A DNA stretch of 64,000 nt from positions 640,001 to 704,000 of the forward strand of contig CAWECG010000004.1 in assembly GCA_963807605.1 (NCBI GenBank). The letters run 5' to 3'. The notes below the pieces were generated by a model, which was not told the origin of the DNA, did no database searches, and worked only from the letters and a program-made list of their open reading frames with translations. The translations under genes were made by a program, and so were the position numbers. Shown one piece after another: positions 61,851-64,000 of this stretch (positions are counted from its first letter, which is position 1; every line of letters begins with the position of its first letter). Origin of the DNA: Candidatus Bathyarchaeota archaeon. GTDB lineage: Archaea; Thermoproteota; Bathyarchaeia; 40CM-2-53-6; RBG-13-38-9.

Positions 61851-61965
61851 GATAGTCCCTCCTGTTTTGTTTCCTATCTAGCGCGTGAAATGCAATCGGT
61901 GTTCTGCACATTATACTGGGGGGGAGTATAGGTGGTCATCGTAAGTTTCTCTTCTCAACGTCTGC

Positions 61966-63177
61966 TTACGCCAGCACTTCCATGAGGGCTTTCATTCTTA
62001 TTCCTATGCGACTTGTTGACATGTTCTTCTCAACGTAGAGCTTTCCCGATTCTCCCAGCCTCCTAGAAACATCCGGATTCTTCATCAAGTAGAGTATTGA
62101 ATCAGCGAGGGCTTCGTAATCTCCAGGCCTTACCACAATCCCAGACGCAGTCTGTGAAACGTAACGCCCGGCCTGTCCATCAGAGCAACAGACTATAGGC
62201 TTTCCAGCTGCCTGATATTCGTATAGTTTAGAAGATATCCCCATGTCTGTCGAGCTTATTCCCTTTAGAGGCAGCAATAACACACTAGCCTCAATCAATG
62301 TTCGAGCAACCTCTTCACGACTCACAATCTTCTCAAAGACCGTGACGTTTCTAAAATCCATGTGTTGCGATTTTTCTTTTAAAGCACTTGCAAGTTCCCC
62401 GCCACCTTGTATGATGAATTGGATATCTGGAGATGATCTCAACAAACATGCAGCCTTGAAGACCTGATCGAAATCATATGCGGGGGAGAAAGCTCCGATA
62501 TACAAGACCACGAATTTTCCGTCAGATACGGTTGTGAGTTTAATTCTTGGAGAGCGGAATCTATCCAAGTCTATCCCCGCAGGGACAACGTAAACTTTTC
62601 TCGAGTCTATGTGATACTTGCTCAGTATAGTCTGCACGTAGGACGGACTGATAGGTGTAATCGCTGAGCATAATCGATATGCGATCCTAGCAAGTGACTC
62701 ACCCAACTTTGCCATTAAAGAATTATCTGAAATACCCAAGTCATAGAGGGATTCAGGCCAGAGATCGTCTACATTTTGAATCACTGGGATATGTCTCACC
62801 TTGCTGAAAATCAGGCTTGGAAAAACCGCGATGATGTTTGGATTAGCAGCCCAAACCACATCAACCTTGCCGACAAAAGGCAAAGCGAACAAAGATGACA
62901 GACTGAAAGAAGCGAAGAGTAGAATGCGTTTTGCGAGCCCTTCCGAGGCCAGCGGCGGGACGAAAGTTTTGATTATCTTTAACGATTCGTGATATTCTAC
63001 ATTTATCAGCCTTCTCCTGTATTTTCCCGGAATTCTTCCAGTCGGATAGTGGGGGAAAGCCGTTACGCAGGTTACAGAACAACCAGTGGATATGAGGCCT
63101 TTCGCGACATTGAAAGCTCTTGTAGCTCCCCCACCCATATCTGGTGGAAAATATTGCGCTATGATAAGGACGTTCAT
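61966..63177 (-). CDS. Glycosyltransferase family 4 (WbuB/WcaI-like)
   Basis: QYFPPD.GG, FPHYP, DLWPE, SKLYEY. Confidence 0.93.
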   Translation of the reverse strand: MNVLIIAQYFPPDMGGGATRAFNVAKGLISTGCSVTCVTAFPHYPTGRIPGKYRRRLINVEYHESLKIIKTFVPPLASEGLAKRILLFASFSLSSLFALPFVGKVDVVWAANPNIIAVFPSLIFSKVRHIPVIQNVDDLWPESLYDLGISDNSLMAKLGESLARIAYRLCSAITPISPSYVQTILSKYHIDSRKVYVVPAGIDLDRFRSPRIKLTTVSDGKFVVLYIGAFSPAYDFDQVFKAACLLRSSPDIQFIIQGGGELASALKEKSQHMDFRNVTVFEKIVSREEVARTLIEASVLLLPLKGISSTDMGISSKLYEYQAAGKPIVCCSDGQAGRYVSQTASGIVVRPGDYEALADSILYLMKNPDVSRRLGESGKLYVEKNMSTSRIGIRMKALMEVLA

Positions 63178-64000
63178 TCAGAATCTTAAGATCGGTTCTA
63201 TATTGTCTCTGTTATCCACGATCCATTCGTGAGTTCTCTTCAACCCGGCTTTCATGTCGGTTTGCGGCTGATAGTCAAGGATTCTTCTGGCTTTATCTAT
63301 GGAGGCTCTTCTCTTAATCGATTTATCCCAGTCTCTTTTCTTGTCGTAGACAATTCCTGCCTTATTACCTGTCAGCGCATTTATCCAGTTCGCCAAATCG
63401 ATTATTCTAGTCTCAGTCTCCGACGCCAAGTTAATCGCCTGGCCCACGGCTCCTTCAGTCACTCCCATCCTTAAGGAGCCATCAACGATATCTTCTACAA
63501 ATGTGAAGTCTCTGGTTTCTTCGCCTGTTCCAGTTATCGGCAGAGATTTTCCATGCATCGCCAGCCAAATAAAATTAGGTATGACGTTTCTATATATGCC
63601 TGGAACCTCTCCTGGACCGTATACGTTGAAATACCTTGCTATTGCCACTGGCAATTTGTAATAATCATAGAAATAGTTGCAGTAAAGCTCCCCCAGGAGT
63701 TTGTGAATCTGATAAGGCGTGTCCAACCGTAACGATGTGAAGTCTTCTCTAAGTGGTAGCGGAGCTTGACTTCCATACACTGAGCATCCTGAGGAGGCGA
63801 AGATAAACTTCTCTACATCTGCCAATTGTGAATACTGCAAGGCTTTCAATGTTCCAAGACCATTCACGAGCATGTCCGTCTCAGGATGGTCCACGCTGTT
63901 CTGATTCGCGAAATGTGCTGCCAGGTGAAATACGAATTGGGGCTTAAAGCTGAAGGCTCTTTTCACCTTTTCATCGTCAAGCACACTTCCATTGATGAAT
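63178..64000 (-). CDS. NAD-dependent epimerase/dehydratase (5' end outside the window)
   Basis: FHLAA, TPYQIHK, RYFNVYGP, TRDFTFVED. Confidence 0.92.
   Translation of the reverse strand, partial: FINGSVLDDEKVKRAFSFKPQFVFHLAAHFANQNSVDHPETDMLVNGLGTLKALQYSQLADVEKFIFASSGCSVYGSQAPLPLREDFTSLRLDTPYQIHKLLGELYCNYFYDYYKLPVAIARYFNVYGPGEVPGIYRNVIPNFIWLAMHGKSLPITGTGEETRDFTFVEDIVDGSLRMGVTEGAVGQAINLASETETRIIDLANWINALTGNKAGIVYDKKRDWDKSIKRRASIDKARRILDYQPQTDMKAGLKRTHEWIVDNRDNIEPILRF

Noticed and set aside
36-63474. Numerous short antisense/overlapping ORFs in the six-frame track
   Set aside because: They lie opposite or within well-supported genes and lack motifs.

Overview
Archaeal genomic window. TATA-box promoters, archaeal VapBC/MNT-HEPN modules and ISC1316/IS1341-like TnpB elements support this; Bathyarchaeia-like affinity is only an inference. 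(1) 1-17.8 kb is an accessory zone with toxin-antitoxin modules, ribbon-helix-helix regulators, five TnpA-less IS200/IS605 (TnpB) elements of two families, an IS481-type remnant, a flippase, a glutaminyl cyclase, a nitroreductase and a G1 peptidase. (2) 17.8-24.1 kb holds surface and secreted protein genes, including one with 24 perfect 30-bp Thr-rich repeats. (3) 24.2-64 kb is a surface-glycan biosynthesis/modification island (GT4, GT2, GT14, GT-C, flippase, epimerases, methyltransferases, GNATs, kinase-like, PIG-L) full of diverged, truncated and chimeric paralog fragments. The strongest unexplained signal is the palindrome GCGCGCGC. It occurs 11 times (roughly 0.4 expected) and, with decayed variants, sits at the breakpoints of these fragments while being absent from the intact paralogs at the same positions. 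This suggests an undescribed rearrangement or end-joining process that reshuffles glycan genes. TnpB elements have also hit toxin genes and a TA-like promoter. No rRNA, tRNA or CRISPR array was found.
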